Below, piece after piece: positions 39,521-50,034 of a DNA stretch of 64,000 nt. The notes under the pieces were generated by a model, which made no database searches, had not been told where the DNA came from, and saw only the letters and a list, made by a program, of their open reading frames with translations. The position numbers and the translations under genes were made by a program. The stretch spans positions 64,001 to 128,000 of the forward strand of contig JAEOUA010000003.1 of assembly GCA_016839555.1 (NCBI GenBank). The letters are read 5' to 3'. The stretch comes from Promethearchaeota archaeon. GTDB lineage: Archaea > Asgardarchaeota > Lokiarchaeia > Sigyniarchaeales > SOKP01. The stretch's first letter is position 1, and each line of letters starts with the position of its first letter.

Positions 39521-41446
39521 ATGAAGCTTATAAATTCAATTGATTTTTTACAACAAAAAAAAATAATCTCTAAATTAATTACTGATTTCTCCAAAAATCA
39601 AGATATAAATTATAATATTACAGAAATTCAAGAACTAGTTAATAAAATTATTAAAACCTTCAGGAAAAATAGGCTTAAATCTAAAGATTTTGAATCTGAC
39701 TTAGAAAATGTTTACATTAAAGAGATATCATATAAGCAAAGAAAATTATTAGGAGAGATATATACTCCAAAAAAAATTGTATCTTATATTCTTCAAAAAA
39801 TAAGATATAATTCATATTCCGATTTACAAAATAAAAGATTAATTGATTTGAGCTGTGGTTCTGGAAGCTTCTTAGAAGCGGCTTGTGAAATACTTATAGA
39901 TTTTTATAAAAAAAAATTTGAAAAAACTAATTTAAAAGATTTTTCACCACAACAAGCTAAGATAGTAATTAATCAAGTAAAAAACAATATTTTTGGTATT
40001 GATGTTAATCCAATCACTTGTATTCTATGTCAAATTAATCTACATTTAAAATTGGTTGATCTATATATAGTTTTATTTGAAAATACAACTAACTTTAAAG
40101 CACCAAGCTTCAAAATTATATGCCAAAATGCTTATCGCTTAAATAAATTAATTAGTGTTTTTGAATTGAATTCGTTTGATTTCGTGGTTGGAAACCCCCC
40201 TTATATATTTATAAGAGATCTTCCTGAAAAGCATAAAAATATTATCGATTCTGAAGACTTCAAGACAAAAATGGGGCAATATGATTCATATCAATTATTT
40301 ATAGAACTCGGAATTGAATTTTTGCAACAAAATGGTTTTCTGGGCTATATAATTCCAGACTCTATCTTAGCATTATCCAATAGAAGAATTATTAGAAAAT
40401 ACATTTATAATTCTACGAAAATAAAAGAGCTATGTATTGTAAATTCTCAGTTCAAAAATAGTATAGTCTCAAATATAATTTTAATATTGAAAAAAGAAAA
40501 GAACAAGAGAAAGAGAAAAAATAATATTATAAATGTAATGGATATTGCTGATAAAGCTAATTTGATTAATAAATTTCCTCAAAAATTAATTAAAAAATGG
40601 AACTACAAATTTCTTATCAATTTAAATTCAATTGATATTAAAATATTAGAATATTTAAATCAAAATTTTTCAAAATTAAAAGATTTAATGGAAGATGAAC
40701 GGTTTAAGATCCTACTAAATAGAGGAGTGGAATTAACTAAAGAAGGAAAGGTTTTCTTTTGCTCAAAATGTGAAAAATATTATCCCATACCTAAAAGAGA
40801 GAAAAAATGTCAGAAATGTGGAGAAAAATTCATTAAAGAGAACGTCGAAATTATTATATATGATAATTTACCCCCAAATAATCAAGCGGAATATAAATTA
40901 TATCTTTATTCTTTAAACAGATACAAAATAGATGAGTATAAATATATTAATATAAATAAGAAGGGAATTGATTACAAGGATCTCAATTATTTTCACGATC
41001 GAATTATAATTCGGCAAATGAATCAAAATAATCGAATTTGTGCTAGTTATTATGAGAGTCTGTTAATGTGTTCTCAAAGTTATTATAATCTAAAAGTAGA
41101 ATTTTTTTCTATTCCAGAATTTAACAATTTATATTTGCTTGGATTAATAAATTCGCTCCTTCTTTCTTATTTTTTCATTAAGTCTTTTGGTTCTTATAAA
41201 CAGCTTTTTCCAAGAATATTGATTGAAAATATACGAAATCTACCTATCAAAGTTCCTCATACAGATAAAGAAAAAAAAATTGCAAAGAAAATAATAAAAC
41301 TTGTTAAAATTTTGTTGAATCTAAAAAATTCAAATGCTGAATTATTTTATAAGGAACAGAATCAAATAGATTCTTTAGTGTTCGAATTATACCAACTTCC
41401 TTCATTAGATATAAAATACATTAGGGATTTTATGACTAATTTGTGA
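39521..41446 (+). CDS. N6-adenine DNA methyltransferase (gamma class, TaqI-like C-terminal specificity domain)
   Basis: GEIYTP, DLSCGSGSFL, GIDVNP, VVGNPPY, LLGLINS. Confidence 0.88.
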   Translation: MKLINSIDFLQQKKIISKLITDFSKNQDINYNITEIQELVNKIIKTFRKNRLKSKDFESDLENVYIKEISYKQRKLLGEIYTPKKIVSYILQKIRYNSYSDLQNKRLIDLSCGSGSFLEAACEILIDFYKKKFEKTNLKDFSPQQAKIVINQVKNNIFGIDVNPITCILCQINLHLKLVDLYIVLFENTTNFKAPSFKIICQNAYRLNKLISVFELNSFDFVVGNPPYIFIRDLPEKHKNIIDSEDFKTKMGQYDSYQLFIELGIEFLQQNGFLGYIIPDSILALSNRRIIRKYIYNSTKIKELCIVNSQFKNSIVSNIILILKKEKNKRKRKNNIINVMDIADKANLINKFPQKLIKKWNYKFLINLNSIDIKILEYLNQNFSKLKDLMEDERFKILLNRGVELTKEGKVFFCSKCEKYYPIPKREKKCQKCGEKFIKENVEIIIYDNLPPNNQAEYKLYLYSLNRYKIDEYKYININKKGIDYKDLNYFHDRIIIRQMNQNNRICASYYESLLMCSQSYYNLKVEFFSIPEFNNLYLLGLINSLLLSYFFIKSFGSYKQLFPRILIENIRNLPIKVPHTDKEKKIAKKIIKLVKILLNLKNSNAELFYKEQNQIDSLVFELYQLPSLDIKYIRDFMTNL

Positions 41447-41478
41447 TAATATTTCTTATAGCTTAAAAATGAGCATAT

Positions 41479-43311
41479 TCAAGATTTTTTCTCAAATTTT
41501 TGTATTATTTTTTCTGCTAACCTTTGATTTACTATTTTCGTTAATCCTTTCTTTGATGCGTTTCGCATTCCCTCTATACTTCCAAATTCTTTTAATAGTT
41601 TATTTCTGGTTGCGGGACCAATCCCTTTAATGTCATCTAAGATTGACCCTACAAATTTTTTCTGTCTCTGCTTTTTATGAAGTCTTACGGCAAATCTATG
41701 TGCCTCATCTCTTACTTGTTGGAAAAATTTCAATATAGATGAGTCATCAGGGAGAATTATTGAATCTTTTTTATCATGGATGAAAATTTCTTCAAGTCTT
41801 TTAGCTAAACTTATCACTGGTATAGATAAGCCTAAATCTTTTAGCACGTTCACAGCAGCATTTAATTGTCCTTTTCCACCATCTATTAGAATTAGATTTG
41901 GCAAAGTCCAATCTTTTTCCAATAATTTAGAGTATCTTCTTCTAATAACTTCTTTCATCATACCGGGGTCATCGGGAGTGGTTTTTGATCTGATTTTATA
42001 GTGTCTATAATATTTCTTGTATGGCTTTCCCTCTAAGAAATAGACCATCGAGCCTGTGGCATCCTTTCCTTCAATGTTTGAGATATCGAATCCCTCGATA
42101 ATTCGAGGGATTTCTGGTAAATCCAGTAATTCTTTAATATCCTGCAAAAGATTCTTAAACTCATCTTTTTCTTGTTCCTTTAGTTCTTCCATTTCTATTT
42201 TTTGTAATACCATTACTTCTGCATTTTTATTCGCTATTCTCATAAGAGCCCTTTCATTCTTCTCTATAGGCTTCCGAATTTTAATGGTTTTTTTATTATC
42301 CTTTAAAATTTCTTTTAGTAATTCGAAATTCCCATAAAATTTTGGAACAATAATGATATCTGGAAGATTATGTAAAGTATCTTGATAATATTGTTCCAAA
42401 ATAGAATTTAATATATCCTTTTGCTGGATTATTTTTTCTCTTAAATCTAAACTAAATGGACTCTTATTTGTTATCTTTCCCTCCCGAATATGAATAATAA
42501 CCATTGAAACAATTTGTTCTTTGCTATAAAACCCAATAATGTCTTTATCTAATTCTTCATTAAGAAGAACATGCTGCTCGGTGGTTGAATTTTCAATAGC
42601 TTGTAATTTATCCCTCCAAAACGCCGCAACTTCATAATTTTGCTGTTTTGATGCATTTTTCATCTTTTTTTTAATCTGTTTTTTAAGGTCGGAGGTTTCG
42701 CCCTTCAAAAACATTTCAATTCTACGAATATTTTCTAAGTAGTCTTTTTTACTTATTTCCCCTATACAAGGCCCAAAACATAATTTTAGTTGGTAATATA
42801 AACAAGGGCGTTCTCTTTGTCGTACCTTTCTTTTACAAGAACAATATGGAAATATCTTTCTTAAATCCCGAAGAATTCGTTGAATTTCTTTTTTGTCTAT
42901 ATAAGGTCCTAAAAATAAATTATTATGATTAAAATGTTGAGGATTCCTCATTAGTCTAATTCTTGGAAAATCTTCAGAATAGGTAATCATCACCCAAGGA
43001 TAAGATTTGGAATCTCGCATAAAGACATTAAATCGAGGATAATGCTTCTTAATAAGAATATTTTCAAGAATTAATGCTTCTTTTTCATTTTCTGTCACAA
43101 TATAATCAATGGAATGGATTCGATTAACTAGATCCTGAATCTTTTCTTCGTAATAGGGGTCATTATACTTTTTTGTAGAAAAATATGAAGAAACCCTTTT
43201 TTTCAAATCTTTTGCTTTACCTATGTATATGATTTCCTTTTCTTTATTTTTGAATTGATATATTCCTGGTTCATTGGGTAAGCTTTTTCTCTGAAAGTCT
43301 AAATTATTCAT
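41479..43311 (-). CDS. uvrC: Excinuclease ABC subunit C
   Basis: GIY-YIG (PGIY...IYIGKAK), UVR domain, FDISN, IDGGKGQL, RDEAHRFA, HhH. Confidence 0.97.
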   Translation of the reverse strand: MNNLDFQRKSLPNEPGIYQFKNKEKEIIYIGKAKDLKKRVSSYFSTKKYNDPYYEEKIQDLVNRIHSIDYIVTENEKEALILENILIKKHYPRFNVFMRDSKSYPWVMITYSEDFPRIRLMRNPQHFNHNNLFLGPYIDKKEIQRILRDLRKIFPYCSCKRKVRQRERPCLYYQLKLCFGPCIGEISKKDYLENIRRIEMFLKGETSDLKKQIKKKMKNASKQQNYEVAAFWRDKLQAIENSTTEQHVLLNEELDKDIIGFYSKEQIVSMVIIHIREGKITNKSPFSLDLREKIIQQKDILNSILEQYYQDTLHNLPDIIIVPKFYGNFELLKEILKDNKKTIKIRKPIEKNERALMRIANKNAEVMVLQKIEMEELKEQEKDEFKNLLQDIKELLDLPEIPRIIEGFDISNIEGKDATGSMVYFLEGKPYKKYYRHYKIRSKTTPDDPGMMKEVIRRRYSKLLEKDWTLPNLILIDGGKGQLNAAVNVLKDLGLSIPVISLAKRLEEIFIHDKKDSIILPDDSSILKFFQQVRDEAHRFAVRLHKKQRQKKFVGSILDDIKGIGPATRNKLLKEFGSIEGMRNASKKGLTKIVNQRLAEKIIQKFEKKS

Positions 43312-43528
43312 GGAATTTAGGAGGAATAAGAATTTTTTTATTTACAAATTTAGTAAAGTAGATATAATTATATTTTTTTCCCCGTAAATTATTAATTTGT
43401 ATATTTATTTATTTGCTTTTATTATAGCTTTAATTTTTATTTCTCATTTAAAGCTATATAAAATATAGTTTAATATAAGAAATAAAGGCAATAAACTATT
43501 ATATAATAATTTTATTTAATATTATAGG

Positions 43529-43735
43529 ATGGGAAAAACAATACGCATCTGCCCAAAATGTAAAAAACCCTCATTAAAACCAGCCTATAATGTAAGTGGT
43601 TGGTTAGCCCCCGACATGTTTCGATGTGAAGAGTGTGGTTATATTGGTAATTTTTATTTGGAAGTGGAACCAGAAGAATATTTAAAATTTCAAAAGTATT
43701 TAAGAGATAAAGAAGAGGATGAACATTCTCAATAA
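43529..43735 (+). CDS. Small zinc-ribbon protein
   Basis: CPKC...GWL...CEECGY. Confidence 0.75.
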   Translation: MGKTIRICPKCKKPSLKPAYNVSGWLAPDMFRCEECGYIGNFYLEVEPEEYLKFQKYLRDKEEDEHSQ

Positions 43736-43792
43736 AAAGAATATTATGTGTAAAATAAATAATAATATGTAAATAATAAAAGGAGTGAAAAA

Positions 43793-44746
43793 ATGGAAGT
43801 ATTATTGAAGAGAGCAGAAAAGATTAGATCTTTAGAGATTCAAGGAGCAACTAATACTGCATTAAGTGCAATTGAATTTCTCAGCGAATATGCTAAAACT
43901 ATTAAATGCACTACATTAGATGAATGCATAATGAAGTTAAAAGAAGCAAAACAAATTTTAGAACAAACTCGTCCCACGGAACCTGCGATGCAAAATGGAT
44001 TGAACTTTATAATGAACAAGTTAAAAAAATGTAAAGGAGATATCTGCATTGAAGATGTTCCAAGAAAGATTGAAAGTTTTGAAGAGGATTATAAAGCGCT
44101 CATATTAAATGCTAAAAAAAAGATTGCGGAAATCGGGGCAAATAGAATACCGAAGATTCTCAAAAAAACGGAGTATAAAGATGATTTCGTGGTTATGACT
44201 CATTGTCATAGCTCCGTCGTTACTGGCATACTATTAAAAGCAAAAGAACAAGGAAAAACTTTCCGAGTCATTAATACCGAAACTCAACCGAAATTACAAG
44301 GCCGAAAAACAGCTAAAGAATTATTAGACGCAGGAATAGAGGTTCTTCATATTGTGGATAGTGCTATGCGATGGGCTGTAAGTACATATCAAGTAGATTT
44401 AATCATTATCGGAGCAGACTCAATAACATCCGAAGGAACGGTATTGAACAAAATTGGATCACGATTACTTGCTTTGGTTGCACATGAAGAGCATGTACCA
44501 TTTTATGTGGCATCTCCTTTATTAAAATATCAACCTTTAACAACAGTAGGATTTTTAGAAGAGATTGAGACACGTCCATCTGATGAAGTATGGAAAGATC
44601 CTCCAAAAAATTTAAGAGTGTTAAATCCCGCGTTTGAGACCGTTAGTAGACGCTACATTGATGGTTTAATTACAGAGGCGGGAATTTTTGCCAGCTCACA
44701 TGCTCATTGGTATTTTTCAAGACTCTATCCCGATTTAGTAGAATAA
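43793..44746 (+). CDS. Ribose-1,5-bisphosphate isomerase (eIF2B-like family)
   Basis: EIQGA, TRPTEP, THCHS (catalytic Cys), GADSI, NKIGS, NPAFE; adjacent to RuBisCO. Confidence 0.85.
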   Translation: MEVLLKRAEKIRSLEIQGATNTALSAIEFLSEYAKTIKCTTLDECIMKLKEAKQILEQTRPTEPAMQNGLNFIMNKLKKCKGDICIEDVPRKIESFEEDYKALILNAKKKIAEIGANRIPKILKKTEYKDDFVVMTHCHSSVVTGILLKAKEQGKTFRVINTETQPKLQGRKTAKELLDAGIEVLHIVDSAMRWAVSTYQVDLIIIGADSITSEGTVLNKIGSRLLALVAHEEHVPFYVASPLLKYQPLTTVGFLEEIETRPSDEVWKDPPKNLRVLNPAFETVSRRYIDGLITEAGIFASSHAHWYFSRLYPDLVE

Positions 44747-44788
44747 TTCCAACAATTTATCAATGAATAGTAAAGTTAAGTGCTAATT

Positions 44789-46081
44789 TTAAACGTTTAT
44801 AGTATATTTCCCCCATTTTTCAAAAGCGCGGGTTAATTCCTTAACAAATTTTGAATATTCTCTTAGATCAATATTATTGAGAGTAGCATCAAGCGCTTGT
44901 CTAATTGCTTTAGCTCCTGCCTCAGTTCCGTCTGGGTGTCCATGTGTGCCTCCGCCAAACTGAAAAACCATATCTTTGCCAAGAGTTTCAATTAATTCAG
45001 GTATATCTAAGGGATTTAATCCTCCGGATGCTACGGGTAAGATAGGTTTTAATCCATACCAATTCTGAGATAAAAGATTTTTATTATTTCCATGAATCTG
45101 TTGTTCAGTAATTTCTTTATTAATATTCAATACTTCCTTTTTCCCACCTTTCATTTTTCCCACAATTGTACCGGTATGGAGCTGATCTACGCCAATCAAT
45201 CTCATTAATTTGGCTAACACCAACATTGTAATTCCATGTTCTTTTACTCTGGTAAAAGCAGCATGCATTGCTCTATGAGCATGAATTGCCAAATCCATAG
45301 TATCGAGATAATCTCGCATTTCCATCATAGCTGAGAATCCTGTTGTGAAAATGTCAATCATTACATATCTCCCACCACGTTCCTTCACGTAATCTGCTCT
45401 TTCTTTCATCGTGCTCACTTTTGCCGTTATATTTGGCATATAAAATTTTTTTTCTCCCGTTTTATCCTCAATCTGATCTCTTACAGTGAGAGTTTTATCG
45501 ACACGTTCCTCGAAATTATTAAATTTCATATTTGTCAAATTTTCATCATCTTTTACGATATCAAGCCCTCCGCGCCAGGCATCTCCACAAACTTTTGCAT
45601 GTTCCTTCTCGTTTAATCCAACTTTCGGTTTAACAATAGTACCCAGCAATGGTCTATTGGAAATTTTAGTTAATTTTCTAATACCTTTTATACCAAATTT
45701 GGGACCTTTATAGGAATTTACTATATCTTCAGGAAAATCGATATCTAATAACCTTAAACTGTGGAGTTTCTTCATTCCAAAAATATTCCCCGCAATCGCA
45801 CTTAAAATTTGAGAGATATTATCCATCTCAAATAATTCTTCAGTATAAGCGATTTTAACAATATGATTTTTTTCATCTATATAAAACACAAAGGGCTTAA
45901 GTTTTCGAGTAATTTCTTTATACATAGTTGAGATTTCTGTCCAAGTGCCTATGGAACTTTCTTTTGCTATTTCCATACACGCATGTTGTAAATCTTTGCA
46001 CTCTGGAGCTTTATCTACATAATACATAGCGATTAAATCTTTCGAGGTTGGTTCATAGTTTAAATCAACATAATCTACCAT
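44789..46081 (-). CDS. rbcL: Ribulose-1,5-bisphosphate carboxylase large chain, form III
   Basis: ESSIGTW, GTIVKPKVGL, GLDIVKDDE, HAHRAMH, GKMKG, SGG, GGGTHGHP. Confidence 0.95.
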   Translation of the reverse strand: MVDYVDLNYEPTSKDLIAMYYVDKAPECKDLQHACMEIAKESSIGTWTEISTMYKEITRKLKPFVFYIDEKNHIVKIAYTEELFEMDNISQILSAIAGNIFGMKKLHSLRLLDIDFPEDIVNSYKGPKFGIKGIRKLTKISNRPLLGTIVKPKVGLNEKEHAKVCGDAWRGGLDIVKDDENLTNMKFNNFEERVDKTLTVRDQIEDKTGEKKFYMPNITAKVSTMKERADYVKERGGRYVMIDIFTTGFSAMMEMRDYLDTMDLAIHAHRAMHAAFTRVKEHGITMLVLAKLMRLIGVDQLHTGTIVGKMKGGKKEVLNINKEITEQQIHGNNKNLLSQNWYGLKPILPVASGGLNPLDIPELIETLGKDMVFQFGGGTHGHPDGTEAGAKAIRQALDATLNNIDLREYSKFVKELTRAFEKWGKYTINV

Positions 46082-46196
46082 TCCATATACTCCTTTAAAT
46101 TACTATTAATTAATTGAAATTTTAAGAATATTTTATTACTTTAATTTAAGAAATCATAAATAATATATAATATTTTTAATTCATTCTAGTTAATAA

Positions 46197-46517
46197 GTGA
46201 GTTTATCTATGAGTACTGAAACGAAAACTATTACTATTGATATAAGAGAGCTAAGTTTTAAAAAGGATCAATATGTACAAGATTTAATAGTATTTTTAAA
46301 AGAACAATTACCTCAATTGGAGATTGAACGAAAGGGCAATGAATTAGAAGTTCTTATGCCAAATCAGTTATCCAATAGAGCAATCAAATTAAGAATTAAA
46401 AAATATTTATATAAAAATAATTTGAAGGAAGACTTTCGTCCTATCTCTAATAGCGGAAAAAAAGAAGGATATATGGTGAAACTTCGGAAAGTTTTTGAAA
46501 CTTCTTATACATATTAA
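46197..46517 (+). CDS. rpl22e: Ribosomal protein eL22 (L22e) homolog; alternative ATG at 46209
   Basis: TITID...FLKEQL...SNRAIKLRIKKYLYKNNLKEDFRPIS...Y resembles the eukaryotic L22 C-terminal motif. Confidence 0.75.
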   Translation: MSLSMSTETKTITIDIRELSFKKDQYVQDLIVFLKEQLPQLEIERKGNELEVLMPNQLSNRAIKLRIKKYLYKNNLKEDFRPISNSGKKEGYMVKLRKVFETSYTY

Positions 46518-46554
46518 TAATTTATTTATAAATTTATTTAAAATATTTTCTATC

Positions 46555-47526
46555 TTGCCTTTTAAAGAATATTCAAAGCTTGTTGTAAAGACTATTGAAG
46601 ATATTATAAGATGCACAACATTATCAAGTCTTTTAGAAGTATCTGGGTGGCCGAAACCTGGGAATGTCCATCGTACTCATGATTTTAAAAATACGCGTTT
46701 TGAGCATTTTTTAGCCGCAGTGGCTGTTATACAACCTAATTTTTTTAAATTTTGTAAGAGAATTCAAAATAATTCTATAATTCACCAAAATAATTTAAGT
46801 TATGTGCACTTAGGGAAGTTTTTCAAGGATGCTGCTAAAAGGATGATGGAATGGCAAAAAGGTGGAAATGTTATATTAGGACATATCTTAATATTAGCCC
46901 CTTTAGTTGCTGCAACTGTTATTTGTTTGCAAGATGAAAATTTAGATATAAAATATTTTAAAAAAGTATTAAAAAAAATAATTGAAGATACAACCGTTCA
47001 AGACACATTAGATTTATATGAAGCAATAAATTTATGTAATCCTGGCGGGCTTGGAAAAGTAGAGCGATATGATCTAACAGATAAAAATGCCATTCATCAA
47101 ATTCAAAAAGATAAAATTACCCTCCAGCAAATTTTTAATATATCGCAAACTTATGATTTAATAAGCAGCGAATACTCATCGGTATATAATATTATTCTAA
47201 ATGAGGGGTTGCCTTATTATTATGAGGTTTTTAATCAAAGCAACGACATAAATATCTCAACTGTTCATACATTTTTATATATCTTAGAAAACCACTATGA
47301 TACCTTAATTATCAGGAAAGCAGGTCTAAATTTGGCACGAGAAATTTCAGAAAATGCATCTAAAATCTTAAAGGTTGGAGGATTAACCACTAATAAAGGC
47401 AAAAAATTATTAATGGAAATGGATAATAATTTGCAAAGCCATGAAGGAAAACTTAATCCAGGAACAACTGCTGATCTCATTGCCGGTATCATCTTTTGTG
47501 CCCTCATTTTTGGATTAAAATTTTAA
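46555..47526 (+). CDS. citG: CitG-family triphosphoribosyl-dephospho-CoA synthase-like protein (start taken at TTG 46555 to avoid overlap)
   Basis: LLEVSGWPKPGNVH, GNVILG, DTLIIRKAG, NPGTTADL. Confidence 0.8.
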   Translation: MPFKEYSKLVVKTIEDIIRCTTLSSLLEVSGWPKPGNVHRTHDFKNTRFEHFLAAVAVIQPNFFKFCKRIQNNSIIHQNNLSYVHLGKFFKDAAKRMMEWQKGGNVILGHILILAPLVAATVICLQDENLDIKYFKKVLKKIIEDTTVQDTLDLYEAINLCNPGGLGKVERYDLTDKNAIHQIQKDKITLQQIFNISQTYDLISSEYSSVYNIILNEGLPYYYEVFNQSNDINISTVHTFLYILENHYDTLIIRKAGLNLAREISENASKILKVGGLTTNKGKKLLMEMDNNLQSHEGKLNPGTTADLIAGIIFCALIFGLKF

Positions 47527-47604
47527 TCGAATAAAAAAACATGAATATAAAAAAAGAATTAATGAATGAAAAATTAAAGAAGTTAACCTAAATTTCCGTG
47601 ATAT

Positions 47605-47952
47605 ATGGTGGAATTCTGTCCAGAATGTGGAAGCCTTATGCTTCCGTCTAAACAAGATGGGAAAAAAGTCTTTAAATGCAAATGTGGATATATTAAACCA
47701 TTTTCAGAAGAAAAATCTGAAGCATACAAATTAAGACAGAAAATCAAAAACGAAGAGAAACCAATCTCTACTAAAGAAATCTTAGAATGGAAAGAAAAAA
47801 ATCTTCAGTCCGCACTTAAAGATTTTAGATGTCCTAACTGTGGATATGATAAATGCTCCTTAAAGACAATGCAAACAAGGAGTGCAGATGAAGGTATGAC
47901 ACATTTTATAATTTGTTTGAAATGTGGTAGAATGATTAAAATAGGTTCTTAG
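47605..47952 (+). CDS. tfs: Transcription elongation/cleavage factor TFS (RpoM-like)
   Basis: FCPECGSLM, CPNCG, QTRSADEG, CLKCG. Confidence 0.9.
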   Translation: MVEFCPECGSLMLPSKQDGKKVFKCKCGYIKPFSEEKSEAYKLRQKIKNEEKPISTKEILEWKEKNLQSALKDFRCPNCGYDKCSLKTMQTRSADEGMTHFIICLKCGRMIKIGS

Positions 47953-48043
47953 ACTTTTTCTAAAAATTTTAATTTCAATAGAAAAGATTATAATCCTTAT
48001 ATTTTATCAATTTATTATTATTAGAATAATAAAATTGATCTTT

Positions 48044-48343
48044 TTAATGATTAAATAGTTTATGTTGTATTTCTTCTTTATCTATATTTTTATAAAAATT
48101 AATTTCAATTATTTTTTCTTGATTTTTCAAACCAGCGAGAAAAGTAATCTGTGATGATGAAATGCTCAATTTTTTTTTGAAAAGATGTATCAATTCTTTA
48201 TTTGCTTTATTCTTTTTAGCTTTAGATTTAAGTGAAACGGCTAAAAAATCACCATCTTGTTCAATTTTCTGGTGATAAGAATTTGGTTTTACATATAAAT
48301 TTAAGATATAGTTTTTATCAGATTTTTTTTCAATAAAATTCAT
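48044..48343 (-). CDS. DUF167/YggU-family protein
   Basis: LYVKPNS, KANKELI, G...K pattern. Confidence 0.75.
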   Translation of the reverse strand: MNFIEKKSDKNYILNLYVKPNSYHQKIEQDGDFLAVSLKSKAKKNKANKELIHLFKKKLSISSSQITFLAGLKNQEKIIEINFYKNIDKEEIQHKLFNH

Positions 48344-48367
48344 TTATTCCCCTCGTTTATAATAAAA

Positions 48368-49753
48368 TTAGATATATTGTTCGATATTCTGTTTTAATCG
48401 CTTATAAGAGGGAGTGGATAAACGTATTCCACCTGCTAATTTATGTCCCCCACCAGTACCTCCTAATTCCCTTTTAATATTGCTTATAATTTTATTCACT
48501 CCCTTATAATCATTTTTCTTAAGAAATTTACGTGTGCATCTTATACTTAATTTAATGGTATGAGATTTCTTTTCTAAGCCTCCTAATAAGAGAATTTTGT
48601 AAGGATCCAATAATTCATTCACGGTACTAAAAGAAGCAGTATCCGACCAGTTACTTGGAGGAATTTCATCTCGAATTTTAATAAAAATTGCTTTTTCAGT
48701 CTCATATCGAGGTAATTCATTTGAGAGTATTTTAAGATTTTGTGCTAAATTAGTAATATATTCAGAATATACCTTTTTTGCATACCTTGTTATACTCTGT
48801 AATTGAATAATTGAAACGGCTGCACTAATATTCTTAAAACATAAAATATTTAATAGAAGGGCATGTTCAAATGCAAAACTTAACAATCCTCCTTTCTGAG
48901 GTAATATGGCATAATGCCCATAACTTTCAAAGCCTCCTTGTTTTTGGATTTGTTCAATTTCGTAAGGATCTAAGTTTTTCACTTCTTTTTTTGGATTTAT
49001 ATTTAGTCCATTTAGAAAGGTTTGAATTTTAACATTAGATTCTCCCCCTAATCCTGGAATAAAAGGTAAAATACTATATTTTAATCCATTTAATATTGAG
49101 TTATGCATACTCCCAAATAAGATCAAGCCCTCTTTATCTTCAAAAATTTCTTCAGCTAATAATTCTTGATAAATTTCTTTATTAAATGATTTCAATTTGT
49201 CCATAGATTTTAAAGAATCACCAGCAATTCCAATAATCGCCAACCATCCTTGCTTTATAATTTGAGGATATAGTTTCTTCACAAACATATAGGTTAATGT
49301 CGCACCTGCGATGTGTTCAAGTCCATCAAATCCATAAAGAGTAGGATTAATAAAACTTAAATTATCGGGGTGTGAAGTTATATCAGTATCAGTCTCTACT
49401 TCATGATGATCCAAGATAAAAAACATTTCATTCCTTTTTTCTATTATTGGAATTAATTCAGAAAGGTTAGAGCCCACATCTGTAAAAATATAAGCCATTT
49501 TATCAGTATTTCTTTTTGAAAGAATCCCTTCCAAATAGCTTTTCCATGAGACTGATCTATTATAAATAAAATAATCATAATCCAGATTCATTCTATATAA
49601 TAAATTTTGCATCAATTGAAGGCAAGAGATACCATCCGCGTCATTATGAGATATTATAATTACTTTATTGAAATAAGATGATAAATCAGCAAAACGATTA
49701 ACAGCATTATCAAGTACATTTAAAAACTTACTTCTATCTTGCTTATTATTCAT
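48368..49753 (-). CDS. DHH-family phosphoesterase (RecJ/GAN/Cdc45-like)
   Basis: SHNDADG, TDVG, LDHH, INP, GGGHKLAGG. Confidence 0.88.
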   Translation of the reverse strand: MNNKQDRSKFLNVLDNAVNRFADLSSYFNKVIIISHNDADGISCLQLMQNLLYRMNLDYDYFIYNRSVSWKSYLEGILSKRNTDKMAYIFTDVGSNLSELIPIIEKRNEMFFILDHHEVETDTDITSHPDNLSFINPTLYGFDGLEHIAGATLTYMFVKKLYPQIIKQGWLAIIGIAGDSLKSMDKLKSFNKEIYQELLAEEIFEDKEGLILFGSMHNSILNGLKYSILPFIPGLGGESNVKIQTFLNGLNINPKKEVKNLDPYEIEQIQKQGGFESYGHYAILPQKGGLLSFAFEHALLLNILCFKNISAAVSIIQLQSITRYAKKVYSEYITNLAQNLKILSNELPRYETEKAIFIKIRDEIPPSNWSDTASFSTVNELLDPYKILLLGGLEKKSHTIKLSIRCTRKFLKKNDYKGVNKIISNIKRELGGTGGGHKLAGGIRLSTPSYKRLKQNIEQYI

Positions 49754-50034
49754 CCAAATCAGTAAAATTAATCTAAAAAGGTTTGATTTTTATAAAATAT
49801 GAAAAAACTTACAAAATCATCCTAAATTTCGATAGTTTTTCTCATTAAATACATTAAATTATTAATTGGAATCTGTAAGTTTAATTTTTCTCAAATATAT
49901 TTTAACTTTCTATGTTCTTATATTGTTATACAATTGACTAATTATATTTTTTATTAAATTGAAAAATGAAAACTTGAAAAATAAAAAATTAAAATTAAAA
50001 TTAAAATTTAAATAAATATTATTGAGTTTATAAA

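Noticed and set aside
43793-44746. eIF2B subunit or methylthioribose-1-phosphate isomerase
   Set aside because: The THCHS motif, the length and adjacency to form III RuBisCO favour R15P isomerase.
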